Source of the DNA: Solirubrobacteraceae bacterium
Lineage (GTDB): Bacteria; Actinomycetota; Thermoleophilia; Solirubrobacterales; Solirubrobacteraceae
Assembly: GCA_034664565.1 (NCBI GenBank)
Contig: JAXDHJ010000045.1
Span: forward strand, 22,816-86,815
DNA length: 64,000 bases
Direction of reading: 5' to 3'
The first letter of the stretch is position 1; each line of letters starts with the position of its first letter. Made by a program: the position numbers and the translations under genes. The notes beneath the pieces are model-generated. The model did no database searches and had not been told where the DNA came from. It worked only from the letters and a program-made list of their open reading frames with translations. Shown here piece after piece: positions 36,713 through 45,825 of this stretch.

Positions 36713-37776
36713 CCGCGGCACGCCGCCATCAGCTCGCCGGCGATGACCCCGGCGGCGTCCGGCCGGGCCAGGGAGGCCGACGCCGCGGCCATGGCCGCCA
36801 GCCGCCGGCGGTCGCCCAGCAGCTCCTCGACGCAGGCTCCCAGCCGGGCGGCGTCGAGCTCGCCGTCGGGGATCACCACCGCCGCCCCGGCCCGGGCCAT
36901 CCACGCGGCGTTGGTCGCCTGGTGGTTCCCGGCGGCGTGGGGGTAGGGGACGAGGATGGCCGGGCGCCCGTGGGCGGCGACCTCGAAGATCGATCCTCCC
37001 GACCGGGCCACCACCAGGTCGCTGGCCGCCAGGGCCTGGCCGAAGCGCTCGGCCGGCAGGTACTCGCGCAGGTCGTAGTGGGGCCCGCGCCGGCGCTCGC
37101 AGAGGGCCGGGTAGTCCCGGGCCCCGGCGATGTGCAGGACGTGGGCCGGGGCGCCGGCGGCGAACGCCTCGAGTGCCGCCTCGTTGATCCTCCGCGACCC
37201 GAGCGAGCCCCCGAAGACGAGCAGGCAGTCCCCGTCCCGGGGGATGCCCAGGGCCTCCCTCGCTCCGGCCCGCCCGGTGGTGGCCGGCGGCCCCGGTCGT
37301 CCGGTGACCAGGTAGCGGTCGCCGTCGCGCCCGTCGAGGGGAAAGGCCAGGCACACCCGGCGTGCCGCCGGGGCCAGGACCCGGTTGGACAGCCCGAGCC
37401 GGCTGTCGGCCTCGGTGAGGACCACCGGGAGGCCGAGGCTCAGGCCGGCCAGGGCCACCGGCCCGGCCACGTAGCCGCCCCCGCCCATCACCGCCCCGGC
37501 CCCGCCGTCGCGCAGCAGGCGCCGGGCCTGCGCCGTGGCGGCGGCCGCCCGCGCAAGCGCCCGGGCGGCGCGAACCGGGTTTCGGCGGTCGAGGCCCTCG
37601 ACGGTGATCGGGTGGAGCTCGTACCCGGCGGCGGGAACCAGCTCGCGCTCGGCGCGCTCGCCGCCGATGAAGAAGACGCTAGCGCCCCGCGCTCGCAGCT
37701 CGTCGGCCACCGCCAGAGCCGGCACGACGTGCCCGGCCGTCCCCCCCGCCGCGATCGCGATCGTCATCCCCGCCAT
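36709..37776 (-). CDS. murG: undecaprenyldiphospho-muramoylpentapeptide beta-N-acetylglucosaminyltransferase
   Basis: AAGGTAGHVVPALAVADEL and the C-terminal GT-B motif HQATNA. ATG 37767 is an alternative start. Confidence 0.93.
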   Translation of the reverse strand: MAGMTIAIAAGGTAGHVVPALAVADELRARGASVFFIGGERAERELVPAAGYELHPITVEGLDRRNPVRAARALARAAAATAQARRLLRDGGAGAVMGGGGYVAGPVALAGLSLGLPVVLTEADSRLGLSNRVLAPAARRVCLAFPLDGRDGDRYLVTGRPGPPATTGRAGAREALGIPRDGDCLLVFGGSLGSRRINEAALEAFAAGAPAHVLHIAGARDYPALCERRRGPHYDLREYLPAERFGQALAASDLVVARSGGSIFEVAAHGRPAILVPYPHAAGNHQATNAAWMARAGAAVVIPDGELDAARLGACVEELLGDRRRLAAMAAASASLARPDAAGVIAGELMAACRG

Positions 37777-38956
37777 CCCCGGATCGTCGCGGTTTGGCGC
37801 CCGGCGTGCCCAGCGCCCGCAGCCGGGCCCTGCCTGCCCCGGCGACGTTGAGGAGCAGCCCCATGGCGGCGAGGAGGACGACCATGTTCGTCGACCCGTA
37901 GGAGACCAGGGGCAGCGGGACGCCGGTGAGCGGGGCGAGGCCGAGCACGGCGAACACGTTCAGGGTGGCCTGGCCGACGATCAGCGAGGTGATCCCCACC
38001 GCCACCAGGGCCGCGTAGGTGCTCCGCGCCGCCCGGGCCGCCCGCAGCCCGGCCCAGGCGATCAGGCCGTAGAGGAAGAGCAGGACGCACACCCCCATCA
38101 CCCCGAGCTCCTCGCCGATCACCGCCAGGATGAAGTCGGTGTGGGCCTCGGGCAGGTAGAACACCTTCTGCACCGACTGGCCCGGCCCCACCCCGAGCAG
38201 GCCGCCCGAGCCGATGGCCACCTGGCCCTGCACCGCCTGGAAGCCGCTCCCGGCGGCGTGGGCCCACGGGTGCAGGAACGCGGTCAGCCGAGCTCGACGG
38301 TACGGCTCGATCACGGCGAAGATGATGACCAGGACCAGTCCGCCGAGGGCGAGGAGGCCGAGGGTCCGCAGCGGTACTCCGGCGGCCACCATCACCGCCA
38401 CCACCACGAAGGCGAGGATGATCGCCGTGCCCAGGTCGGGCTGGAGGACGACCAGGCCGCAGGCGGCGGCGGTGGTCACCACCAGGGGGCGGAGCATGGC
38501 CTGGAGGCGCCGCTCGGTCATCCGCCCGCTCGAGAGCACGTGGGCGGCGTAGAGGACCAGGGCCAGCTTCATCAGCTCCGATGGCTCGAACTGGATCGGC
38601 CCCGCCCCGATCCACCGGCGGGCGCCGTTGACGTTGCGCCCGATGCCGGGCAGCTTGACCGCCAGGAGGAGGACGAAGGCGCTGACCAAGAGGGCCGGCG
38701 TCGCCCGGCGGACCCCGTCGAGGCCGTAGCGGGCGAGCAGGCGCATGGCCACCAGCCCGACCGCCCCGTAGCCGACGAACTTGATCAGGTAGCCGGTGGC
38801 CGCGCCCCCGCCGGCCAGGGACTGCGGCGAGGAGGCGCTGTAGACCATCACCGCCCCGGCGGCCAGCAGGCACAGTGTTGCCGTCAGCAGGATGCTGTGC
38901 TCGAGGGGGAGCGGGCGGCCGCCGCCGGACGGACGTGCGTCCCCGTCCCGCCGCAT
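37679..38956 (-). CDS. ftsW: SEDS-family cell division protein FtsW
   Basis: About 10 TM segments, RWIGAGPIQFEPSELMK, YLPEAHTDFI. Start is at ATG 38956 or 39019. The 3' end runs 89-98 nt into murG. Confidence 0.88.
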   Translation of the reverse strand: MRRDGDARPSGGGRPLPLEHSILLTATLCLLAAGAVMVYSASSPQSLAGGGAATGYLIKFVGYGAVGLVAMRLLARYGLDGVRRATPALLVSAFVLLLAVKLPGIGRNVNGARRWIGAGPIQFEPSELMKLALVLYAAHVLSSGRMTERRLQAMLRPLVVTTAAACGLVVLQPDLGTAIILAFVVVAVMVAAGVPLRTLGLLALGGLVLVIIFAVIEPYRRARLTAFLHPWAHAAGSGFQAVQGQVAIGSGGLLGVGPGQSVQKVFYLPEAHTDFILAVIGEELGVMGVCVLLFLYGLIAWAGLRAARAARSTYAALVAVGITSLIVGQATLNVFAVLGLAPLTGVPLPLVSYGSTNMVVLLAAMGLLLNVAGAGRARLRALGTPGAKPRRSGDGGDDDRDRGGGDGRARRAGSGGGRRAASAGR

Positions 38957-39228
38957 GGCTGCCCCCCCGTCTGCGGTCCGGCCCCTTCGCCGGGCCGGGG
39001 TGCCTGCGTCCTTGGGCATCCGTGGTTGGTTCGACGCCCCGGCGGCGATGCCTCCCGGTGGGGCAGGGAGAATTCGTCTCACCCCTGTTCCCGGCGGCCT
39101 CCTCTGGGGTACACACAGTGACGGGTGCTTCGTGTCCGGGCGCCCGGTGCTCTTCACGAGACGATCACGCCGGTCGGCCGGCCCACCGACGGACGACGGA
39201 CCCAAATCCGTCCGTGGAGCGCCGAGCG

Positions 39229-39714
39229 ATGTTCTCCAGCCTGCGCACCGTCGTCCTCCTTGTCATCCTCGCCGTCGTCCTCGTCGGGGCGGGGATCGCC
39301 AGCGTCATCATCAACGCCACCTCGGCCGGACCGCCCCCGGTCCCGACCTCGGCGGCGGCCATCGCCGCGGCCACCCGGTCGCTGCCGCCGTACTGGGTGG
39401 TGGCACCCGGTGACACCTTCACCTCGATCGCCGCCCGCAACCATCTGACCGAGTCCCAGCTCCAGGTGCTCAACCCCGACCAGGATCCGGCCAACGTGAT
39501 CGCCGGCCAGCGCCTGCGCCTCCACGAGCAGGTCGCCACCGCCGTCAAGGCCCACCGGCGGGCCCCCCCGGCGTCGTGGATCGTCCGCCGCGGTGACACC
39601 TACTCGTCGATCGCCGCCAAGACCGGCGTCGCCCTCGGCGACATCGCCCAGTTCAACCCCAAGCTCAACCCCAGCGCCCTCGTCCCCGGCCAGCGGCTCA
39701 AGCTGCGTCCCTGA
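39229..39714 (+). CDS. membrane-anchored protein with two LysM domains
   Basis: N-terminal TM (VVLLVILAVVLVGAGIASVII). LysM repeats YWVVAPGDTFTSIAARN...GQRLRL and WIVRRGDTYSSIAAKTG...GQRLKL. Confidence 0.82.
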   Translation: MFSSLRTVVLLVILAVVLVGAGIASVIINATSAGPPPVPTSAAAIAAATRSLPPYWVVAPGDTFTSIAARNHLTESQLQVLNPDQDPANVIAGQRLRLHEQVATAVKAHRRAPPASWIVRRGDTYSSIAAKTGVALGDIAQFNPKLNPSALVPGQRLKLRP

Positions 39715-39795
39715 GCCGCGGCCCGACCGGCCGGGGCGCGGTGGCGCGGGGTTCGGAGAGCGGTGGGGTCCGACCGGCGGGATAGCCTGCCGGCG

Positions 39796-40671
39796 ATGGG
39801 CCTCATGCAGCGGCCGGCCGCCATCCTCGCCATCGCCCTCCTCGCCGGGTGCGGTGCCGACCAGGGCTCGGGAGTGACGGCCGGCGTGAGCACCGGGCCG
39901 GCCCCGCGCCCGTTCGCCGCAGCGGCGGCGTCGCGCCAGTTCGGCGCCGGGGCCGAACGGGTGTGCGCCGCCATCGCCCCGCCGCTGACCCGGCTGTCCG
40001 GCGGTCCCGGCGGTCCCGGCACTGGAGGGCTGGCCGTGGAGACCGCCGCCGTCGCGGCCCGCGTCGTCCGGCTCGGAGTCGGGTTTCGCCGGCTGGCCCT
40101 GCCGCGGGGCGCCGGCCGCGGTCCGGCGGCGGCGCTGGTCGGGGCGATCGGGGCGCTGGCGCCGGCCGGGGCCGGGCTACGGGAGGCGGGGCGGAGCTAC
40201 GCCGCCACCAACTTGACCGACCGCGTGGCCGTCGGGCGGGCGACCGAGCGGCTGGCCGGGGCGGGAACCGAGCTCGAGCACCGGGTGGGCACGGCCGGCA
40301 ACCTCGCCCACCAGGACGGATTGACGCGATGCGAGGTCCTCCTGACCCCCCAGGGGGCGGCCAACGCCTCGCCCCTGCCCGACCTCCTGCTCCAGCTTCC
40401 GCCGTCCGCCGGCCCGGCCGGAGCCCGGTCCGGCGACCTCCTCCGGGGCCGGAAGGTCCTCGCCCGCAACGGCTGCCTGGCCTGTCACCGCATCTCGGGC
40501 ATCGGGAGCGTGGGGCCGGGACCCGATCTCACCCGGGTCGGGGCCCGCCTGCCTGCGGTGGCGATCGCCGCCATCCTCCGCAGCCCGCTGGCCCCGATGC
40601 CGTCCTACCGCAACCTGCCGCCCAAGGACCTCGCCCTCCTCGTCGGCTTCCTCGCCGCGCTGCGCAGGTAG
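39796..40671 (+). CDS. lipoprotein with C-terminal mono-haem cytochrome c domain
   Basis: Lipobox ALLAGC near the N-terminus. The C-terminal CLACH haem-binding motif is followed by LAPMPSY (Met ligand region). Confidence 0.72.
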   Translation: MGLMQRPAAILAIALLAGCGADQGSGVTAGVSTGPAPRPFAAAAASRQFGAGAERVCAAIAPPLTRLSGGPGGPGTGGLAVETAAVAARVVRLGVGFRRLALPRGAGRGPAAALVGAIGALAPAGAGLREAGRSYAATNLTDRVAVGRATERLAGAGTELEHRVGTAGNLAHQDGLTRCEVLLTPQGAANASPLPDLLLQLPPSAGPAGARSGDLLRGRKVLARNGCLACHRISGIGSVGPGPDLTRVGARLPAVAIAAILRSPLAPMPSYRNLPPKDLALLVGFLAALRR

Positions 40672-40746
40672 CCCCGGGAGGGTCGGGTGGGCCGCGGGGC
40701 GCGCGCGAGGCGCGGGGCGCGGGCGCCGCGAGGCTGGGCGGGCGGC

Positions 40747-41298
40747 TCAACCGAAGCGGGCCCGGTAGGCGGCGACCCAGTCGGTGGCGATCAGCCGCTG
40801 GGCCGGTGGGAGGGCGAGGCGCCCGGTGCAGACCTCGTCGTGGAGGGCGTTCTCCAGCCGATCCTTCTCGTGCGAGCCCGGCTTCGGCGTCGCCGCCTCG
40901 GGAAAGAGGTTGGCCGCGACGTTGCTGCCGCCGAGCTCGAGTGAGACGAGGTGATCGACCTCGCCGTCGCTTCCGTCGAAGTGGCGGGAGAGCCCGTAGG
41001 CGCGGTAGACGGCGTCCTTGATGGCCCGGGGGACGTTGCGGACCGACCGGGCGTAACCCGACCGGCAGATGACGGGCGGGGTGGCGGCGGCGAAGCGGGC
41101 CCCGGGGGTGCAGGCCGGGTCGGGGAGCGGGCCGCGGAGGTGGCAGCGGCTGGCCTTGGTCACCGGCCCGAGGGCCACCGACCGTCCGCGGCTGGCCGGG
41201 GAGCCGCCGAAGGACACGGCGGCGAGGACGGCCAGGGTCGCGCAGGCGGCGAGGAGCAGGCCGGGGAGTGGGGGGCGGCGGCGGGCGGGCTTCATCAA
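40747..41298 (-). CDS. secreted His-Me finger (HNH-like) nuclease family protein
   Basis: Signal peptide (RRRPPLPGLLLAACATLAVLAA). Motif GEVDHLVSLELGGSN...NLFPE...KD..EN resembles HNH/DUF1524-type nuclease cores. Confidence 0.65.
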   Translation of the reverse strand: MMKPARRRPPLPGLLLAACATLAVLAAVSFGGSPASRGRSVALGPVTKASRCHLRGPLPDPACTPGARFAAATPPVICRSGYARSVRNVPRAIKDAVYRAYGLSRHFDGSDGEVDHLVSLELGGSNVAANLFPEAATPKPGSHEKDRLENALHDEVCTGRLALPPAQRLIATDWVAAYRARFG

Positions 41299-41367
41299 CG
41301 GCCAGCCTACGCCGCTGCGGGTACCGGACGGTGCTCCCGGGCGGCCGCCTCCCGGCCGCGCCCCGCC

Positions 41368-42831
41368 CTACCCGTCGACCATCAGCCCCTGGAGGGGCCC
41401 GAGCAGGCGCATGGATCGGCGGGAGACCCCGGGAAGGGTGGTGAGGCGATGGGTGGGGGTGGCGCCGGCGTCACTCTGGCGCCGCGACTCGGTGGCGATC
41501 GGCCGCCACAGGCCGTCGATCACCGCGGTGGGGTCGCCGGCCACCGCGTCGGCGGCCACCTCGAGGTGCTCGGCCCAGAGCCGGCGGCGGACGTCGACCA
41601 CGAGGTCGCGATCCTGGGTGACGATGTTGACCTCGCTGTCGTTGAACAGGGAGTGGGCGTTGAGGTTGGCCGAGCCGAGGGTCATCCACCGGTCGTCGAC
41701 GATCCCGATCTTGGCGTGGACATAGACCGGCTCGCTGCGTCCGGCGGCGGCGTCCCTGGCGTAGAGGGTGCAGGCGAGGAGGCGACCGCCGGCGCCGTCG
41801 GCCTCGCTGAGCACCCCGAGCTGGCCCTTGGTGTCGTCGGCCCCGTTGTTGGCCCGGGCCGGGAGGAGGATGACGAGGCGGAAGTCGGGGCTCGGCGGGC
41901 GGCGGAGCTTCTCGGTGAGGATGGAGACGACCTCCGGGGCCCAGAGGAACTGGTTCTCCAGGTAGACGAGGCGCTCGGCGGAGCGCAGGGCCCGGGTGTA
42001 GGCCTCGAGGATGCGGAACTCTCCCTGCCGGGCGAAGGCATAGGCCCGCTCGGGCACGGTGCGCACCAGCTGGAGCTCGACCTCCCCGGCCGCCTCGGGC
42101 GCGACCGGCGGGGGAAGCGACTCGTGGGCCACCTCCTGCCAGCGGCAGCGGAAGTGCTCGGCCACGTCGGCGACCGCCGGCCCGCGGATGCACACCGCCT
42201 CGTCATGCCAGCCGAGGCTGCTGCGGTAGGGATGATCGTTCTCGTCGTAGCGGTCCCCGCCCAGCCCGGTGAGGTCGATCCCCCCGACGAAGGCGACCCG
42301 GTCGTCGATGATCACGAGCTTCTCGTGGTGGCAGTGGGCCAGGCGCTCGTGGCGGTCGAGCACGCACTCGATCCGCGTGCCCCGGCACAGCTCCTCCCGT
42401 CCCTCCCGGACCTGCCGGCGCGTCGGCTTGAACACCGGCAGCGGGGCCCCGGCCCAGACCAGGACCCGGACCGGCATCCGCTCGGCCAGCTCGGCGAGGA
42501 GGCCGCGCACGGTGGGCGACCCGGGTTCATGGCCGAGGCTGAAGCCGGCTTGGACGTGCCAGCCGGCGACGTGGACGTGCGACTGGGCGCCGGCCAGCTC
42601 GGCGGCGATGAGGGGCAGGGCCTGAGCGCCGTCGACGAGGATCTCGATGGCGTTGCCCTGCCGGGGTGGCGGGTCCCCGGCGCACCAGAGTCCGTCGGCC
42701 GGTGGGTCGAGGGAGCGGGCCCAGCCGAGCCGGGTGAGCCGGCGCCGGTGGTGGGCGCGGGTGACCCGCTCGATGGCGTCCCCGATCTTCTCGTCGACGC
42801 GCTCGACGGATGGGATGTTCAAGGCGCTCAC
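41368..42831 (-). CDS. phospholipase D family protein (two HKD motifs)
   Basis: HHEKLVIIDDRVAFVGGIDL and HAKIGIVDDRWMTLGSANLN. Only the last 487 codons of track ORF 41368-44244 are used. Start is at GTG 42831. Confidence 0.82.
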   Translation of the reverse strand: MSALNIPSVERVDEKIGDAIERVTRAHHRRRLTRLGWARSLDPPADGLWCAGDPPPRQGNAIEILVDGAQALPLIAAELAGAQSHVHVAGWHVQAGFSLGHEPGSPTVRGLLAELAERMPVRVLVWAGAPLPVFKPTRRQVREGREELCRGTRIECVLDRHERLAHCHHEKLVIIDDRVAFVGGIDLTGLGGDRYDENDHPYRSSLGWHDEAVCIRGPAVADVAEHFRCRWQEVAHESLPPPVAPEAAGEVELQLVRTVPERAYAFARQGEFRILEAYTRALRSAERLVYLENQFLWAPEVVSILTEKLRRPPSPDFRLVILLPARANNGADDTKGQLGVLSEADGAGGRLLACTLYARDAAAGRSEPVYVHAKIGIVDDRWMTLGSANLNAHSLFNDSEVNIVTQDRDLVVDVRRRLWAEHLEVAADAVAGDPTAVIDGLWRPIATESRRQSDAGATPTHRLTTLPGVSRRSMRLLGPLQGLMVDG

Positions 42832-42855
42832 CGGACGGGCACGATACTCCGCGGC

Positions 42856-43689
42856 GTGCGCTCGAAACCGAATCCCTCCACCTCGGCCGCCGCCCTCTCG
42901 GTTGGGCGCTCGAGCGCCTTCGTCTGGCTTGTTCGCGCCGGCTTCGTCGCCCGGGGCCTGGTCTACGGGGTGATCGGCGCCCTCGCCCTGGCCCTGGCCC
43001 TCGGAGCGGCCGGCGGATCGACGACGAATCAACAGGGGGCGCTCGCCCTGATCTCGGGGGCGCCGCTCGGGGGGCTGGCGGTCGCCGCCCTCGCCGCCGG
43101 CCTCCTCGCCTATGCCGTCTGGCAGATCGGCCAGGGAGTCCTCGGCCGGGGCCTCGAGCGAGGGGGGAGCGACGACGCGGTCGAGCGGATCGGCAGCGGG
43201 GCGAGCGGCGTGGCCTACCTCGGACTGTTCGCCATCGCCGTGAAGACCCTGGTCGGGAGCGACAGCAACGGAAGCGGTGCTCCCCACCGGGCGGCGGCCG
43301 GGGTGCTGGGCTGGCCCGGCGGGCAGTGGATCGTCGGGTTGACCGGACTGGTGTTCGTCGGGGTCAGCCTCTATCAGGCCTACGAGGGCCTGCGGGGTGG
43401 CTTCCTCGACGACGCCAAGACCGAGGAGATGAGCGCCGATATGCGCCGCTTCCTCGATGTCCTCGGCCGCGTCGGGCTCGTCTCCCGGGCCGTCGTCTTC
43501 GCCCTGATCGGCTACTTCCTCATCGTCACCGCCATCGACTACGACCCGGGCAAGGCGGTGGGCATCGACGGCGCCCTGCGGGAGGTGGCCCGCCAGCCCT
43601 ACGGCTCGTGGCTGCTGGGGCTGGTCGCCGTCGGGTTGATGATCTTCGCCGCCGGATCGTTCGCCGAGGCGCGCTACCGGCGCCTCTGA
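42856..43689 (+). CDS. DUF1206-like six-TM membrane protein
   Basis: Three repeated two-TM units (ARGLVYGVIGALAL, ASGVAYLGLFAIAV, SRAVVFALIGYFLI). Forms the tail of track ORF 40951-43689. GTG 42856. Confidence 0.7.
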   Translation: MRSKPNPSTSAAALSVGRSSAFVWLVRAGFVARGLVYGVIGALALALALGAAGGSTTNQQGALALISGAPLGGLAVAALAAGLLAYAVWQIGQGVLGRGLERGGSDDAVERIGSGASGVAYLGLFAIAVKTLVGSDSNGSGAPHRAAAGVLGWPGGQWIVGLTGLVFVGVSLYQAYEGLRGGFLDDAKTEEMSADMRRFLDVLGRVGLVSRAVVFALIGYFLIVTAIDYDPGKAVGIDGALREVARQPYGSWLLGLVAVGLMIFAAGSFAEARYRRL

Positions 43690-43851
43690 CCGCGCGCCTC
43701 GGCCGCCGATCGGGCCGGCCCCGACGTATCTCCGCCGCCGGCCGCGGCTGGGCCGCGCCGGCGGTCGGCGCCACCGGCGGCCAAGGGGCGGATCGCGATG
43801 TTGACCGAGCCACACCGGCCGCCGGCGGCCGGCGGGTGACGTCGGGCGTCC

Positions 43852-43954
43852 GGACGGATGTTGCCCGGCCGTCGCCGTCACGTTTGCCGCCAGGACGGCT
43901 CCTCTCCTGGTGACGGGCCTCACCAACTGGAACGAGGACGGCAAGGGCGCAATG
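43852..43954 (+). promoter_or_regulatory. conserved 5' element, copy A (paralogous to 46987-47085)
   Basis: GCCGTCACGTTT, GTGACGG, CCTCAC and AGGACGG occur at the same spacing as in copy B. CCGTCAC (43875-81) is complementary to GTGACGG (43910-16). Confidence 0.55.
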
Positions 43955-45637
43955 ACCGCATCGCTCACCATTCCTGTCCGGAGCAGCCGACGCCCAGCCC
44001 GGGCGCGAGGTGCCCGGTTGCGCGGCTCTCGGGTGAGGCTGGCCTGGACGGCGGTGACGGCGGCGCTGGTCGCCGCCGCCGTGTCGATGGCGGCGGCCGC
44101 GGCGCCGGCGCGGGGGGACGGCGTCGTGACGGCCGCGGTATGCGGGACCACCCACTGGGTCGGGGCATGGGCGGCCGATCCGAGCGGGACGCTGGGCGGC
44201 GGCTTCGCCGACCAGACGCTGCGGGTAATCCTCACCCCGCACATCGGTGGCAGTCAGCTCCGGGTCCACATCTCGAACCGCTACGGCCCCAAGCCGGTGA
44301 CCTTCACCCGGGCGTCGGTCGCCCTGCGCCAGACCGGCGCGGCCCTGGTGGCCGGCTCGAGTAGGCCACTGAGCTTCGCCGGTCAGCCGGGGGTGACCGT
44401 CCCGGCCGGCGGGGACGTGGTGAGCGACCCGGCGCCCATGACCTTCGCGGCCTTTCAGGATCTCGCGGTCAGCCTCTACCTGGCAGACCCGACCGGGCCG
44501 GCGACCGGACACTTCGTGGGCCGGGAGCGCTCGTACGCGACCGCCCGATCAGGCGGCGATCACACCGCGGACGAGGCGGCGGGGGCGTTCGTCGCCTCGA
44601 CCGCCACCGTCATCTACCTCGACGCCGTGGACGCGCTCGCGCCGGCCGAGGTCGGGGCGGCGGTGCTCTTCGGCGACTCGGTCATCGACGGCTACGAGAG
44701 CAGCGGCCCGTCCGGGGCCGAGGAGCAGGGCGGGATCGACCTCAACCACCGCTTCCCCGACTACCTGGCCAGGCGACTGGCGGCCCAGCCGGGCGGCCCG
44801 CGCCTGTCGGTGTTGAACGCCGGGATCAGCGGGAATCGGCTGCTCGTCGATGCCCACCAGACCGGGGGTGGCGCGAGCGGACTGAACCGCCTTGACGCTG
44901 ACGCGGCCGGCGTCGCCGGGGCAACCGATGCCATCGTCCTCGAGGGGATCAACGACATCGGCGGGCAGGCCTCGGTCGAGCAGGTGACCGGCGCGCTGGC
45001 CGAGATCGTCGTCCGTCTCCACGCTCGTGGCCTGCGGGTACTGCTCGGCACCATCACCCCGGCCGGGACCGGCCTGCTCAACGTGGGCAGCCTGCTCCTC
45101 CCGGTCTACGTCGGCACCCCGGGGAACCTCGTGCGTCTCGCGGTGAACAGCTGGATCCGCAACGGCGCGACCGGGGCCGACGGGTTCGTGGACTTCGACG
45201 CCGCCCTGCGTGCCGCGGCGCTTCCCAACCAGCTCGACCCCCGGTACGACAGCGGCGACCACGTCCACCCCAACTACCTCGGCTACAGCAGGATGGCCGA
45301 AAACGTCGACCTGTCGGCCCTGCGCGGGGCGCAATGCGGCCCGCGCCTCCCGACGAAGCTGCGGGTCGGCGCGCGCGACCGATCGCGGCGCCTGCGGGTG
45401 AGCGGTAGCCTCCTCACCACCGCGACGGCCGCGTGCGCCGGGGCCAGCGTCACCGTCCGCGCTCTGCGCGGACCTCACACCATCCTCAAGCGGCGGCTCC
45501 CGGTGACACCGGCCTGCCACTTCGCGGCGACGAGGCCGAGCATGGCACGCGGGAGGATCGAGGTTCGGGTCAGCTTCGCCGGGAGCCCGACGTTGCTGCC
45601 CACGCACGCCCGGTCGGTCTTTCTCGAGGCCGGCTGA
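43952..45637 (+). CDS. secreted SGNH/GDSL-family hydrolase
   Basis: Arg-rich signal region, then SGNH blocks LFGDSVIDGY, NAGISGNRLL, LEGINDIG and GDHVHPN. GTG 43910 is an alternative start. Confidence 0.82.
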   Translation: MTASLTIPVRSSRRPARARGARLRGSRVRLAWTAVTAALVAAAVSMAAAAAPARGDGVVTAAVCGTTHWVGAWAADPSGTLGGGFADQTLRVILTPHIGGSQLRVHISNRYGPKPVTFTRASVALRQTGAALVAGSSRPLSFAGQPGVTVPAGGDVVSDPAPMTFAAFQDLAVSLYLADPTGPATGHFVGRERSYATARSGGDHTADEAAGAFVASTATVIYLDAVDALAPAEVGAAVLFGDSVIDGYESSGPSGAEEQGGIDLNHRFPDYLARRLAAQPGGPRLSVLNAGISGNRLLVDAHQTGGGASGLNRLDADAAGVAGATDAIVLEGINDIGGQASVEQVTGALAEIVVRLHARGLRVLLGTITPAGTGLLNVGSLLLPVYVGTPGNLVRLAVNSWIRNGATGADGFVDFDAALRAAALPNQLDPRYDSGDHVHPNYLGYSRMAENVDLSALRGAQCGPRLPTKLRVGARDRSRRLRVSGSLLTTATAACAGASVTVRALRGPHTILKRRLPVTPACHFAATRPSMARGRIEVRVSFAGSPTLLPTHARSVFLEAG

Positions 45638-45825
45638 GAGCACCGGTGGGCCGCGGCGTCGATCAGCTCGTCACAGCGAACGCGGACGGTGCCGACGAAG
45701 CTGGTCTGCCCGAGGCCCGCAGATCGGTCCCATCGTGCGTCGAGTGGCCATCGATGGGCCGGCGACCGGCGGCCGCGTGCGGCGCCGGGGCCGGGTGCCC
45801 GGCGGGGAGGACGGGTGCCGACGGC

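Noticed and set aside
39020-39228. Possible c-di-AMP (ydaO-type) riboswitch upstream of the LysM gene. The region is about 200 nt with the hairpin GACGGA-cccaaa-TCCGTC at about 39199-39216.
   Set aside because: The context (cell-wall/LysM gene in an actinobacterium) is suggestive. However, I could not find the hallmark conserved blocks, such as the AGCUAAC-type segment and the pseudo-twofold ACGGGG/CCGAAUCC elements. A covariance-model scan would be needed.
40951-42855. First 635 codons of the 912-aa plus ORF 40951-43689.
   Set aside because: This part is antisense to the HNH-like and PLD genes. Only the hydrophobic DUF1206-like tail from GTG 42856 looks like a real protein.
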